Below are positions 28,156 through 36,979 of a stretch of 41,096 nt of DNA, piece after piece (position 1 is the stretch's first letter; every line of letters begins with the position of its first letter). The translations under genes and the position numbers were made by a program. The stretch is from Pirellulales bacterium (GTDB lineage: Bacteria; Planctomycetota; Planctomycetia; Pirellulales; UBA1268). The notes below the pieces were generated by a model. It saw nothing but the letters and a program-made list of their open reading frames with translations. It ran no database searches and was not told the origin of the DNA. The stretch is taken from assembly GCA_044336925.1 (NCBI GenBank), contig JBIIOM010000002.1, positions 1-41,096 of the forward strand. The letters are read 5' to 3'.

Positions 28156-29309
28156 GGGGCTGGCGACTGGCGGATCGCCGCCACCTCCTCGGTGATGTCG
28201 ATGCCGACGGGGCACCAGGTGATGCAGCGGCCGCAGCCGGTGCAGCCGGAGGTGCCGAACTGGTCGATCCAGCCGGCGAGCTTGTGCGTGAGCCACTGGC
28301 GGTAGCGGGAAGCCGTCGTCGGGCGGGCGTTGGCCCCGTGCATCTGCGAGTGTTCGAGCGTGAAGCAGGAGGCCCATTGCCGCTCGCGGGAGACGGCGTC
28401 GCCCGTGAGGTCGGTCACCTCCGTCACGCTCGAGCAGAAGCAGGTGGGGCAGACGAGCGTGCAATTCGCGCAGGAGAGGCAACGGTCGGCCACGTCCCTC
28501 CAGCGCGGATGCTCGAGGTTGTCGAAGAGCAGGTCGCGGATGTTTTCGGTGTCGAGGCTGCGGGGCCGCGGCCTGCCGGGCTCCGGCTTGCGCGCGTGCA
28601 TCGCCTGCTCGAGGTCGGCAGGCACGCGCCACACCGCGGCGATCTCTTCGGCTGAGAGCGGCGCGAGCGGTGTGCGCGCGGCGATGTCGCTGATCACGGC
28701 AGCCCCGGCGGCGGAGGCGACCTCCACCGCGAAGCGATCGCCCACTTCCGTGAGCGCGAGGTCGTGGCCCGGCCCGGCCGCGGGGCCAGAGCCCATCGAG
28801 TGGCAGAAGCAGGTGGCGGCGGCACGGCGGCAGTTGACGGCGACGAGGAAGAGGCGTTCGCGGCGGGCCTTGTAGCGCACGTCGACCGACTCGCCCCCCA
28901 TGAAGACGCGGTCTTGGATCGCGAGGGCCGCGAGGTCGCAGCCCCGGACGCCGATCACGGCGAGTGGCGCGGGCTCATGGGCGGGCGTCGAAAGCTGCCA
29001 GCCGTCGGCGTCGCGCTGCCAGGTCTCGAACGTCTCCCGCGCGGGAAATAAAAAGTTTTTGAGCGAGTGCGGGCCGACGACGTGGTCGAACGTGCCCGCC
29101 GCCGCGTCAGCCGCGAGTCGGTAGAGGCCGCCATCCTGCTCGTCGATCCAGCCGGTGGGCAGAGCGCTCGCGGAATCGAGATCGCGGTAGACGATCGCCC
29201 CGTCGGCCACCTGCGGGCCGATCACACGATGGCCGCGGGCCACGAGCACGTCGAGGAGGTGCTGGAGGGCCGGCCGCTCGAGCCAGAGCCACTGTTCGTC
29301 GGACTTCAT
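28152..29309 (-). CDS. hyhB: Hydrogenase beta subunit: 4Fe-4S protein (AsrA-like)
   Basis: CLSCANCTLVCPTCFC and CTGCGRCITWCPVGI ferredoxin-type motifs. 385 aa. It is the first gene of the beta-gamma-delta-alpha order known from sulfhydrogenase-type enzymes. Confidence 0.85.
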   Translation of the reverse strand: MKSDEQWLWLERPALQHLLDVLVARGHRVIGPQVADGAIVYRDLDSASALPTGWIDEQDGGLYRLAADAAAGTFDHVVGPHSLKNFLFPARETFETWQRDADGWQLSTPAHEPAPLAVIGVRGCDLAALAIQDRVFMGGESVDVRYKARRERLFLVAVNCRRAAATCFCHSMGSGPAAGPGHDLALTEVGDRFAVEVASAAGAAVISDIAARTPLAPLSAEEIAAVWRVPADLEQAMHARKPEPGRPRPRSLDTENIRDLLFDNLEHPRWRDVADRCLSCANCTLVCPTCFCSSVTEVTDLTGDAVSRERQWASCFTLEHSQMHGANARPTTASRYRQWLTHKLAGWIDQFGTSGCTGCGRCITWCPVGIDITEEVAAIRQSPAP

Positions 29310-29328
29310 CGCGTGAACCCTCTCATCC

Positions 29329-29420
29329 GAAAGCCCGCAGCGCAAGCAAGGTCCAGCCGCTTCGCCTCTCTCATCGATCCGAAGCATCCCCAACTCCCCT
29401 CGCGCGGGCGTCGGGCTTCC
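29329..29420 (+). mobile_element. MITE-like element, family A, copy 4 (shortened)
   Basis: GAAAGCCCGCAGCGCAAGCAAGG ... CCTCGCGCGGGCGTCGGGCTTCC. It starts 20 nt upstream of the hyhB start, in the divergent promoter region. Confidence 0.7.
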
Positions 29421-29630
29421 GAGTCGGGCCGGTCTCCCCAAATGTATCGCGGTGGAAAGCCCCGCGGGCAGACCGATTCCGCGATCGACCGCGGGTGTCC
29501 ATGCGAGCCGCCCTGGCTTCCGTGCCGCGGATGGGCGGTGAGCCGCGGCGTCAGGTGCCTCCCTTTCCCACTTGGGCTATACTGGACGCACTCCGGCGGA
29601 GGGAGCGTCCCGGGTTTCAGGTTCACTCCC

Positions 29631-31148
29631 ATGGCGCGCGGCTTCTGCAGAGCGATGTTGCGTTGGACGGCCACGATCGGCGTGGTCGCGTCCCCGGTTT
29701 TCATCGCGTCGCTGCTTTTCATCGCGTCGCCGGTTTTCATCGGTGGCGCCGTCTCCGCCGCCGAGTTGCGGTCGCGGTGCATCGTCGTGGATCTCTACCT
29801 GCGCGGCGGCGACGCCGAGGAGCGCCAGGCGGCCGATGCCCTGGTGGACTTTGCCGCGAAACGCCCCGGGATCGTCATCCACGAGCATGTCGTCGACGAC
29901 GGCGGCCCGGGAGCCGCGCGGCTCGCGGCCTTGGCCGAGCGGCTGAAGTTCGACGCCGCCGCGACGCCGGTCGTGCACGCCTGCAACGCGATCGTGAAGG
30001 GGGTGAAGGATGGCGACGCGCTCGTGAAGCGGGTCCGCGAGTTCTGCGCGATCACGGTCTTCACGCGGCCCGGCTGCCCGCGGTGCGCCGCCGCGAAGGA
30101 GTGGATGCCGGGAGCGGCCGCACGCCATCCGGGGTTCGACGTCGCCTATGTCGATCTCGTGCAAGACGCGGGAGGCCGCGCGGTGCTCGCCGACATCGTG
30201 AAGCGGCACGGCGTCGGCGGCGCGAGCGTGCCGGTGATCCATGCCTGCAACTCCGTCGTGGTGGGGTTCGACCGGGCGGAGACGACGGGCGCGCGGATCG
30301 AGAAACTCCTGGGCAAGTGGACGGCCGACTGCCCCGGGCCGGTGGGGGAGGAGATCGAAGGGGAAGGCGGGGAGGGAGAGGTGCTCGTGGAGCCGAGCAC
30401 GATCGACGTGCCGATGCTCCGCTGGCTCGACGGCACGCTCGACCCTTCGAAGCTGGGCATGCCGCTCTTCACGATCGCCGTCGGGCTCGTGGACGGCTTC
30501 AACCCCTGCGCGATGTGGGTGTTGCTCCTGTTGCTTTCGATCCTCGTGAGCCTGAAGGACCGCTGGAAGATCCTCGCCATCGCCGGCACGTTCGTCTTCG
30601 TGAGCGGCGCGGCCTACTTCGCGTTCATGGCCGCCTGGCTCAACGTCTTCGAGTGGATCGGCTACCTGCGGCCGGTGCAGGTGGCCCTGGGGCTCTTGGC
30701 GGTCACGATCGGCACGATCCACGTGAAGGATTTCTTCGCCTTCAAGCAGGGCGTGTCGCTCTCGATTCCCGAGGCGGCGAAGCCCGGCATCTACGACCGG
30801 ATCCGCCGGATCGTGAATGCCGAAAGCCTCCTGGCCGCGATCGCCGGTGCCTTCGTGCTGGCGGTGCTCGTGAACGTCGTCGAACTGCTCTGCACGGCGG
30901 GCCTGCCGGCGCTCTACACGAGCATCCTTTCGCAGCGGGGCTACGGCTCCCTCGGCCGCTATGGCTATCTCCTGCTCTACATCCTCGCCTACATGTTCGA
31001 CGACGCCATCATGGTCACGGGCGTGGTCTGGTCGCTGAGCCGCTTCAAGCTCCAGGAGACGGGCGGCCGGTGGCTCAAGCTCGTGAGCGGCAGCGTGATC
31101 ATGCTCCTGGGTCTCGTCATGCTCTTCCGGCCCGAGTGGCTCGGCTGA
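29631..31148 (+). CDS. Glutaredoxin/thioredoxin-fold domains fused to a CcdA/DsbD-like six-TM thiol-disulfide transporter domain
   Basis: N-terminal TM, then a degenerate and an intact glutaredoxin-like unit (TVFTRPGCPRCAAAK). The membrane domain has Cys in TM1 (GFNPCAMW) and TM4 (ELLCTAGLP). Start is ATG at 29631, or 29655 as an alternative. Confidence 0.65.
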   Translation: MARGFCRAMLRWTATIGVVASPVFIASLLFIASPVFIGGAVSAAELRSRCIVVDLYLRGGDAEERQAADALVDFAAKRPGIVIHEHVVDDGGPGAARLAALAERLKFDAAATPVVHACNAIVKGVKDGDALVKRVREFCAITVFTRPGCPRCAAAKEWMPGAAARHPGFDVAYVDLVQDAGGRAVLADIVKRHGVGGASVPVIHACNSVVVGFDRAETTGARIEKLLGKWTADCPGPVGEEIEGEGGEGEVLVEPSTIDVPMLRWLDGTLDPSKLGMPLFTIAVGLVDGFNPCAMWVLLLLLSILVSLKDRWKILAIAGTFVFVSGAAYFAFMAAWLNVFEWIGYLRPVQVALGLLAVTIGTIHVKDFFAFKQGVSLSIPEAAKPGIYDRIRRIVNAESLLAAIAGAFVLAVLVNVVELLCTAGLPALYTSILSQRGYGSLGRYGYLLLYILAYMFDDAIMVTGVVWSLSRFKLQETGGRWLKLVSGSVIMLLGLVMLFRPEWLG

Positions 31149-31161
31149 TAGAACACGCCCC

Positions 31162-32115
31162 ATGCGCATCGTTGTTCTCGACGGATATACGACGAATCCC
31201 GGTGATCTGAGCTGGTCTGATCTCGCGGCGATTCTCCCCTGCACGGTGCACGACCGCACCGCCGAGGCCGACGTGGTCGCGCGGGCCGGCGATGCCGAGA
31301 TCCTGCTCACCAACAAGACGGTGGTCTCCGGCGAGGCGATCGCCCGGCTGCCGAAGCTGAAATACATCGGCGTCTTGGCCACGGGGGTGAACATCGTCGA
31401 TGTGGCGGCGGCGAAGGCCCGCGGCATCCCGGTCTGCAATGTGCCCGAATACGGCACGCCCAACGTGGCCCAGGCCGTCTTCGCGCTCCTGCTCGAACTC
31501 ACCAACCACACCGGCCACCACGACCGCACCGTGCACGAAGGCCGCTGGAGCCGCTCCGCCGACTTCTGCTATTGGGACGGCGATCTCGTGGAGCTCTCCG
31601 GGCGCACGCTCGGGCTCGCCGGCTATGGCCGGATCGGCGCGGCGGTGGCCCGGATCGGCCGGGCGTTTGGCATGGAGATTCTCGCCCACCGCCGGAGCGG
31701 CGCGGGCGCGATCGACGAAGGGGGCCGATACACCGATCTCGACACGCTCTTTTGCGAGAGCGACGTCGTGAGCCTGCACTGCCCGCTCACGCCCGAGACG
31801 AAGGAGCTGGTGAATGCCGCGCGGCTCGCCCGGATGAAGCCGACGGCGTTTCTGATCAACACCGCCCGCGGCGGGCTCGTCAACGAGGCCGACCTGGCCG
31901 CGGCGCTCGACGCCGGCACGATCGCCGGCGCGGGGCTCGACGTGCTCTCGGTCGAGCCGCCCCCCGCGTCGAACCCGCTCCTCGCGGCAAAAAACTGCAT
32001 CATCACGCCGCACATCGCCTGGGCCACCCGCAACGCCAGGCGGCGGCTGCTCGACGTGACCGCGGCGAACATCCGGGCTTTTCTCGCCGGCAAGCCGCAG
32101 AACGTCGTGGGGTGA
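31162..32115 (+). CDS. D-isomer-specific 2-hydroxyacid dehydrogenase (glycerate/hydroxypyruvate reductase-like)
   Basis: NAD-binding GLAGYGRIG, with catalytic-region LINTARGGLV and ITPHIAWAT motifs. Confidence 0.85.
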   Translation: MRIVVLDGYTTNPGDLSWSDLAAILPCTVHDRTAEADVVARAGDAEILLTNKTVVSGEAIARLPKLKYIGVLATGVNIVDVAAAKARGIPVCNVPEYGTPNVAQAVFALLLELTNHTGHHDRTVHEGRWSRSADFCYWDGDLVELSGRTLGLAGYGRIGAAVARIGRAFGMEILAHRRSGAGAIDEGGRYTDLDTLFCESDVVSLHCPLTPETKELVNAARLARMKPTAFLINTARGGLVNEADLAAALDAGTIAGAGLDVLSVEPPPASNPLLAAKNCIITPHIAWATRNARRRLLDVTAANIRAFLAGKPQNVVG

Positions 32116-32141
32116 GCGGGCCGCCCTACAATGCCGCTGCC

Positions 32142-32441
32142 ATGCTGATCACGTTCATGCAATCGGGAGGATTCGCGGGGCTCGTGAAGGGCTGCCGGAT
32201 CGACACCGCCCAGCTCGAGCAGGAAGAGCGGGCGGCCGTGGAGCGGCTCGTCGAGGCCACGGGCTGGACGGAGTCGTGGCAGCGGTTCTCCGACGGCCGC
32301 GACCGCCTGCAATACGACATCGTCATCGAGCGCCAGGCCGCGGAGGTGCACGTGGAGTGCGACGATGCCAGCGTGCCGGAGCCCGCCAAGCCGCTCGTGG
32401 CCTGGCTCAAGGGCCGCGCGCGGCCGCAGCGGCCGACGTAG
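32142..32441 (+). CDS. Small protein resembling the emfourin (protealysin inhibitor) family
   Basis: 99 aa. MLITFMQSGGFAGL...IDTAQL...RLQYDIVIE follows the pattern I associate with emfourin-like proteins. This is from memory of the family, not a search. Confidence 0.45.
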   Translation: MLITFMQSGGFAGLVKGCRIDTAQLEQEERAAVERLVEATGWTESWQRFSDGRDRLQYDIVIERQAAEVHVECDDASVPEPAKPLVAWLKGRARPQRPT

Positions 32442-32450
32442 CGGGCCGGC

Positions 32451-32477
32451 CCCGGTCGGGACCCGCCGGGATTTTGT
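32451..32477 (+). terminator. Possible intrinsic terminator after the emfourin-like gene
   Basis: CCCGGTCG-GGACC-CGCCGGG imperfect GC stem followed by ATTTTGT. Confidence 0.4.
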
Positions 32478-32568
32478 CCGAAACTGCATAGCCCGGCAGC
32501 CGCAGGATGTGGGTTAATCGTGCCGGCACTCGTGCCCGGCACAGATTCGCAAAGGCCCCGTTCGACTC

Positions 32569-33267
32569 ATGGCAATTGGATCGGCTGACGCCAAGCAGGC
32601 TGACGCTCTTTCGGAGCCCGCTGGCCCCCGGCCAGACGGCTGGCGAAGGCGGCCGCATGCCGTCATCGTCGACGCCAACGCCATGGTCGCCGACCTGCTG
32701 AGCGCGTCGCTGGCTTCGTTCTACGAGATCCATGTGGCAGCACGTGCGTCGACGGCCGGCGACGGCGCGACCGCCTGCGCGCGGCATGCCCCCGACCTGC
32801 TGATCGTGAATCCCGAATTGCCCGACGGGCCAGGCATGGCGGTCGTGCAGGCGCTCGTGGAGGCGAATCCTGTCGCACGCGCGATCGTCGTCGCCGGGGG
32901 AACGGGCCTCTCCAGGCTCAAGCGCGGGGCGATCATGCCGCCGCAGGTGCACGCGATCGTCGACCTCTCGGCCGGCATGCCGGCGTTTTCCCGCGAGCTG
33001 GCGCGATTGCTCGCGGCGGTCGACCGCGGGCCGGCCACCCTGCGGGCCGAGCGGATCCTCAGCGGCCGCGAGTTCGACGTCTTTCGGCTCATCGGTCGCG
33101 GCATGATGAATGCGGCGATCGCGGAACGCCTGGGCATCCGCGTGCAGACCGTCGAGACGCATCGCAAGAGCATCGCGAAAAAACTGCAGGCCACCGGCGT
33201 GGAACTCGTGCGGCTGGCTGTATTGTATGTTTCCAATTCCGGTTCTTTCATCACCAGTGGAGAATGA
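32569..33267 (+). CDS. LuxR/FixJ-type transcriptional regulator with a degenerate (pseudo-)receiver domain
   Basis: C-terminal HTH LSGREFDVFRLIGRGMMNAAIAERLGIRVQTVETHRKSI. The N-terminal REC-like fold lacks the canonical phospho-acceptor (DLLIVNPELPDG). Confidence 0.8.
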   Translation: MAIGSADAKQADALSEPAGPRPDGWRRRPHAVIVDANAMVADLLSASLASFYEIHVAARASTAGDGATACARHAPDLLIVNPELPDGPGMAVVQALVEANPVARAIVVAGGTGLSRLKRGAIMPPQVHAIVDLSAGMPAFSRELARLLAAVDRGPATLRAERILSGREFDVFRLIGRGMMNAAIAERLGIRVQTVETHRKSIAKKLQATGVELVRLAVLYVSNSGSFITSGE

Positions 33268-33268
33268 G

Positions 33269-34825
33269 ATGACGACCAACGGCATCCGCCCCCTCGGGGC
33301 CGCCTGCATCGCGGCCTGCGTGGTCGCCCTGCTCGGTCTTGCGGCCGCTTCGGCCGAGGCCCAGCCGCCCCGGCAGCCCAACATCCTCGTGATCTGGGGG
33401 GACGACATCGGCCAGTTCAACGTCGGGGCCTACAACCTCGGCATGATGGGCTACAAGACGCCCAACATCGATTCGATCGCCCGCGAGGGGGCGCTCTTCA
33501 CCGACTGGTATGGCCAGCAGAGTTGCACGGCCGGCCGCGCCGCCTTCATCACCGGCCAGTCGCCGATCCGCACCGGCCTCACGAAGGTGGGCCTGCCCGG
33601 CGCGCCCGAGGGCATGAAGAAGGAAGACCCGACGATCGCCACGCTCTTGCGGGCGAAGGGCTACATGACGGGGCAGTTCGGCAAGAACCACCTCGGCGAC
33701 CGCGACGACATGCTGCCGACGGCCCACGGCTTCGACGAATTTTACGGCAACCTCTATCACCTCAACGCCGAGGAGGAGCCGGAGCACCCCGACTACCCGA
33801 AGAATCCGGAGTTCAAGAAGAAGTTCGGCCCGCGCGGCGTGATCCACTCCTTCGCCAACGGCAAGATCACCGACACCGGCCCGCTCACGAAGAAGCGGAT
33901 GGAGACGATCGACGAGGAGGTGAACGCCAAGACGTTCGATTTCATGCAGCGGGCCAAGCAGGCCAACAAGCCCTTCTTCATCTGGTGGAACTCCACGAAG
34001 ATGCACATCTTCACGCACCTGAAAGAAGGCGTGGCCGGCAAGACGGGCCTGGGCATCTATGCCGACGGCATGGTGGAGCACGACCGGCAGGTGGGCGAGG
34101 TGCTCGCCAAGCTCGAGGAGCTCGGGCTCGATGACAACACGATCGTGATGTATTCCACCGACAACGGCGCCGAGGCCTTCACCTGGCCCGACGGTGGCAC
34201 GACGATGTTTCGCGGCGAGAAAAACACGCAGTGGGAGGGCGGCTATCGCGTGCCCTGCGCGGTCAAGTGGCCGGGCGTGATCAAGCCGGGCACCGTGATC
34301 AACGACGTCGGCGCCCACGAAGACATGCTGCCCACGCTCGTGGCCGCCGCCGGCGACGCGACCGCGAAGGACGAGCTGAAGAAGGGCCGCCGGATCGGCG
34401 ACCGCACCTACAAAGTGCACATCGACGGCTACGATCTCGGGCCGGCGCTCCGCGGGCAGGCGGAATGGCCGCGGAAGGAGTTCATCTACTGGACCGACGA
34501 CGGCAGCGTGGCGGCCCTCCGCTACGGCAACTGGAAGGCGACGTTTCTCGAGCAGCCGGCCCACGGCATGCACGTCTGGCAGCAGCCGTTCGTGGAGCTG
34601 CGGGCTCCGAAGCTCGTCAATCTGCGGATGGATCCCTTCGAACTGGCCCAGGACATCGGCATGGACTACCAGCGCTGGTACCTGGAGCACATGTTCATGA
34701 TCGCGCCCGCCGCGGCCTACGTGGGCCAGTGGCTGCAGAGCTTTCGGGAGTTTCCACCGCGGCAAAAGCCGGGCAGCTTCAACCTCGACCGCGTGATGGA
34801 GGCCGTCACCGCTCCCAACCAGTAG
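33269..34825 (+). CDS. Exported arylsulfatase (Cys-type formylglycine sulfatase)
   Basis: Signal peptide, NILVIWGDDIG, FGly motif SCTAGRAAFITG and GKNHLGD. GGAGAA lies upstream. It starts 1 nt after the regulator stop. Confidence 0.9.
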   Translation: MTTNGIRPLGAACIAACVVALLGLAAASAEAQPPRQPNILVIWGDDIGQFNVGAYNLGMMGYKTPNIDSIAREGALFTDWYGQQSCTAGRAAFITGQSPIRTGLTKVGLPGAPEGMKKEDPTIATLLRAKGYMTGQFGKNHLGDRDDMLPTAHGFDEFYGNLYHLNAEEEPEHPDYPKNPEFKKKFGPRGVIHSFANGKITDTGPLTKKRMETIDEEVNAKTFDFMQRAKQANKPFFIWWNSTKMHIFTHLKEGVAGKTGLGIYADGMVEHDRQVGEVLAKLEELGLDDNTIVMYSTDNGAEAFTWPDGGTTMFRGEKNTQWEGGYRVPCAVKWPGVIKPGTVINDVGAHEDMLPTLVAAAGDATAKDELKKGRRIGDRTYKVHIDGYDLGPALRGQAEWPRKEFIYWTDDGSVAALRYGNWKATFLEQPAHGMHVWQQPFVELRAPKLVNLRMDPFELAQDIGMDYQRWYLEHMFMIAPAAAYVGQWLQSFREFPPRQKPGSFNLDRVMEAVTAPNQ

Positions 34826-34834
34826 GGTAGGCAG

Positions 34835-34883
34835 GTAGACCGCTTCCTCCGGAAGCGGATCTCGCTGATCCGCTTGAGGATCA
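34835..34883. repeat. REPIN-like inverted pair, type C variant (GTAGACCGCTTCCTCCGGAAGCGGATC..GATCCGCTTGAGGATCAAGCGGTCTAC)
   Basis: Read directly. It is preceded by GTAGGGTAGGCAG, which contains the sulfatase TAG stop. It lies between convergent genes. Confidence 0.8.
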
Positions 34884-34889
34884 AGCGGT

Positions 34890-35780
34890 CTACTCCTGCT
34901 TAGTTCGGCGCAGCGTCTCGGACAGCGCTTCGCCGAACTGCCGGCGGTAGCGGCCGGCGAAGCGGCCGTGTTCCCACACGCCGTGCTCCATGAGCACGGC
35001 GGAGACCGTGGTCTGGTCGGGCGCGGCGTCCAGGAGCGAGCGGCGCACGCGGTGCAGCAGCCGCAGTTTCATGTAGTCGAGCGGAGAGACCTCGAACGTT
35101 TCTTGGAAGGCTCGGCAGAGCGTCCGCTCGGTCACTTCTGCATGAGCGGCGAGCGTCGCGACGGAGGGGCGGCCCATCGACGTGGACTCAAGGTAGGCCA
35201 TCGTGCGGCGGATGATCTCGCCACGGTCGGCCTGCGGCCGGCCGGTGGCCTGCGGCCGCGTTGCAGGAACGAGGCAGTCGGCGGCGGCGGCGGTGAGCCG
35301 CGCGGCCGCGGCTGCGCTCGCCGGCGTCGGCGCGCCTGCGAGCAGCGGGCTGGCGACCATCTGCTGCACGAGCCGCCGGAGTCGGCCCGCGGCTGCGCCC
35401 GGGTGCAGCACCGCGCTCGTGCGACTGCCCGTGGCGTTGCCGGGCAGGGCGAGCGAACACCAGCTATGCGCGCGGCTGCGCGCGGCGATGCGAAAGTCGC
35501 TGCCTGGCGGGATCACGAGGAGCGAGCCCTCGCCGAGCGCTTCGCCGTTGGCGCGTTGCTGCCCGAATCGCGTGGTGGGCAGGAAGAGGAGCGTGGCGTC
35601 GGCGGTGTTGCCGCCGTAGCAGAGATTGCCTCCGCCTTCGTATGCCAGCTGGAGAAAGACGTTGCCGACGGCCGCCGCCGCGATCTGCCAGCGGCGTTCC
35701 TCGACCCTGTCGCAGGCCAGCCTGAGATCTCCCCCCTGGACCGCGTCGGCCCAGGCATCGAAATCGTCGAACGTCAGCAT
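34890..35780 (-). CDS. AraC/XylS family transcriptional regulator
   Basis: C-terminal double HTH (VATLAAHAEVTERTLCRAFQ ... WEHGRFAGRYRRQFGE). ATG at 35780; a TTG at 35810 is the longest-ORF alternative. Confidence 0.8.
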   Translation of the reverse strand: MLTFDDFDAWADAVQGGDLRLACDRVEERRWQIAAAAVGNVFLQLAYEGGGNLCYGGNTADATLLFLPTTRFGQQRANGEALGEGSLLVIPPGSDFRIAARSRAHSWCSLALPGNATGSRTSAVLHPGAAAGRLRRLVQQMVASPLLAGAPTPASAAAAARLTAAAADCLVPATRPQATGRPQADRGEIIRRTMAYLESTSMGRPSVATLAAHAEVTERTLCRAFQETFEVSPLDYMKLRLLHRVRRSLLDAAPDQTTVSAVLMEHGVWEHGRFAGRYRRQFGEALSETLRRTKQE

Positions 35781-35927
35781 CTGCTTGTCCACCGCATCCA
35801 AGCGTCTCAATCATTCCCCGGACCGCCTGATACGGGGCGGGGAGACCGCCGGAAAATTGTCGCCGATGATCGGCCGACCGACAACCGCGGCGGGTCGGAT
35901 TGGAGCGGATCGCCTATAGTGGGGCTC

Positions 35928-36275
35928 ATGAACGTCGAGCGCGTGAAATACATCATCTGGGCGGTCGATATGGAGCGGGCCGTCCGTTTCTATCGCGACC
36001 TCTTCGGCGGCCGCGTGATCAGGCAAAACAGCGTGATCGCCGAGGTCGAGATTCTCGGGGCCGTGATCGGCATCCACTCCGGCGGCGAGGGCAAGCGGAC
36101 CTGGACGGGCCTGAGCTTCCAGGTGCCTGACGTGATCGCCGGGGCGCGGGAGGTGGCCGCCGCCGGGGGCGGGCTCGTTCGCGAGCCGGAGCCGGAGAAC
36201 GGCGAGCCTCCGCACCTGGCGATGTGCGTCGATCCCGAGGGAAACGAGTTCATGCTCTCGCGGAGACGGTCGTAG
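35928..36275 (+). CDS. VOC/glyoxalase-bleomycin-resistance family protein
   Basis: 115 aa. It has a typical single VOC module pattern (YIIWAVDMERAVRFYRDLFGG ... CVDPEGNEFML). Confidence 0.75.
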   Translation: MNVERVKYIIWAVDMERAVRFYRDLFGGRVIRQNSVIAEVEILGAVIGIHSGGEGKRTWTGLSFQVPDVIAGAREVAAAGGGLVREPEPENGEPPHLAMCVDPEGNEFMLSRRRS

Positions 36276-36285
36276 GGCACGTGCC

Positions 36286-36921
36286 ATGCATGACGAACCG
36301 GTCAGGGACGACTGGGCTTCACGGCTGCCGGAGGGGCTGCTCCCGCACGTGGCGCCGCTGATCGCAGCGCATCGGGTCACGATCCGGTTGAGCCGGCCGC
36401 GCCGGAGCAAGCTCGGCGATCACCGTCCGCCCGGCCGCGGCTTTCGGCATCACCGCATCACCGTCAACGACAATCTCAACCCCTACGCCTTTCTCACGAC
36501 GCTGCTCCACGAGATCGCGCACGTCACCACGTGGGAGAAGCTGCGGTTTCGCGTGCGCTGCTATCCGCCGCACGGCCGGGAGTGGAAGCGGGAATTCGCG
36601 AAGATTCTCGAGCCCGCCGTGGCGGGGGGCATGCTGCCCGACGACATCACGGCGGCGCTCGCTGCCACCATGCAAAACCCCGCCGCCGCGTCGTGCAGCG
36701 ACCGGGGGCTCATGCTCGCGCTCGCCCGCTACGACCGTGGAACGGACGAGCGGCCCCGGGTGGAGGAGCTCGAGGCGGGCGCGGTGTTTCGCGTCGACAA
36801 CGGTCTCGTCTTCCGGCTGCACCGCCGGCTGCGAAGCCGGTATCAGTGTTACGAGCTCTCGAGCGGCCGCGAATACCGCGTGCACGGCCTCTGCCGCGTC
36901 GATCCGCTGGGCAAAAAGTAG
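36286..36921 (+). CDS. SprT-like zinc metallopeptidase-domain protein
   Basis: HEIAH motif in LLHEIAHVTTW, followed by HGREW. 211 aa. Its TAG stop lies inside a GTAG REP head. Confidence 0.7.
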   Translation: MHDEPVRDDWASRLPEGLLPHVAPLIAAHRVTIRLSRPRRSKLGDHRPPGRGFRHHRITVNDNLNPYAFLTTLLHEIAHVTTWEKLRFRVRCYPPHGREWKREFAKILEPAVAGGMLPDDITAALAATMQNPAAASCSDRGLMLALARYDRGTDERPRVEELEAGAVFRVDNGLVFRLHRRLRSRYQCYELSSGREYRVHGLCRVDPLGKK

Positions 36922-36973
36922 ACCGCTTCGTCCCGAAGCGGATCTCGACCCGCCTGCGGAGCAAGCGGTCTAC
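36918..36973. repeat. REPIN-like inverted pair, type C (GTAGACCGCTTCGTCCCGAAGCGGATC..CCGCCTGCGGAGCAAGCGGTCTAC)
   Basis: Read directly, immediately after the SprT-like gene. Confidence 0.8.
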
Positions 36974-36979
36974 TTTGCG

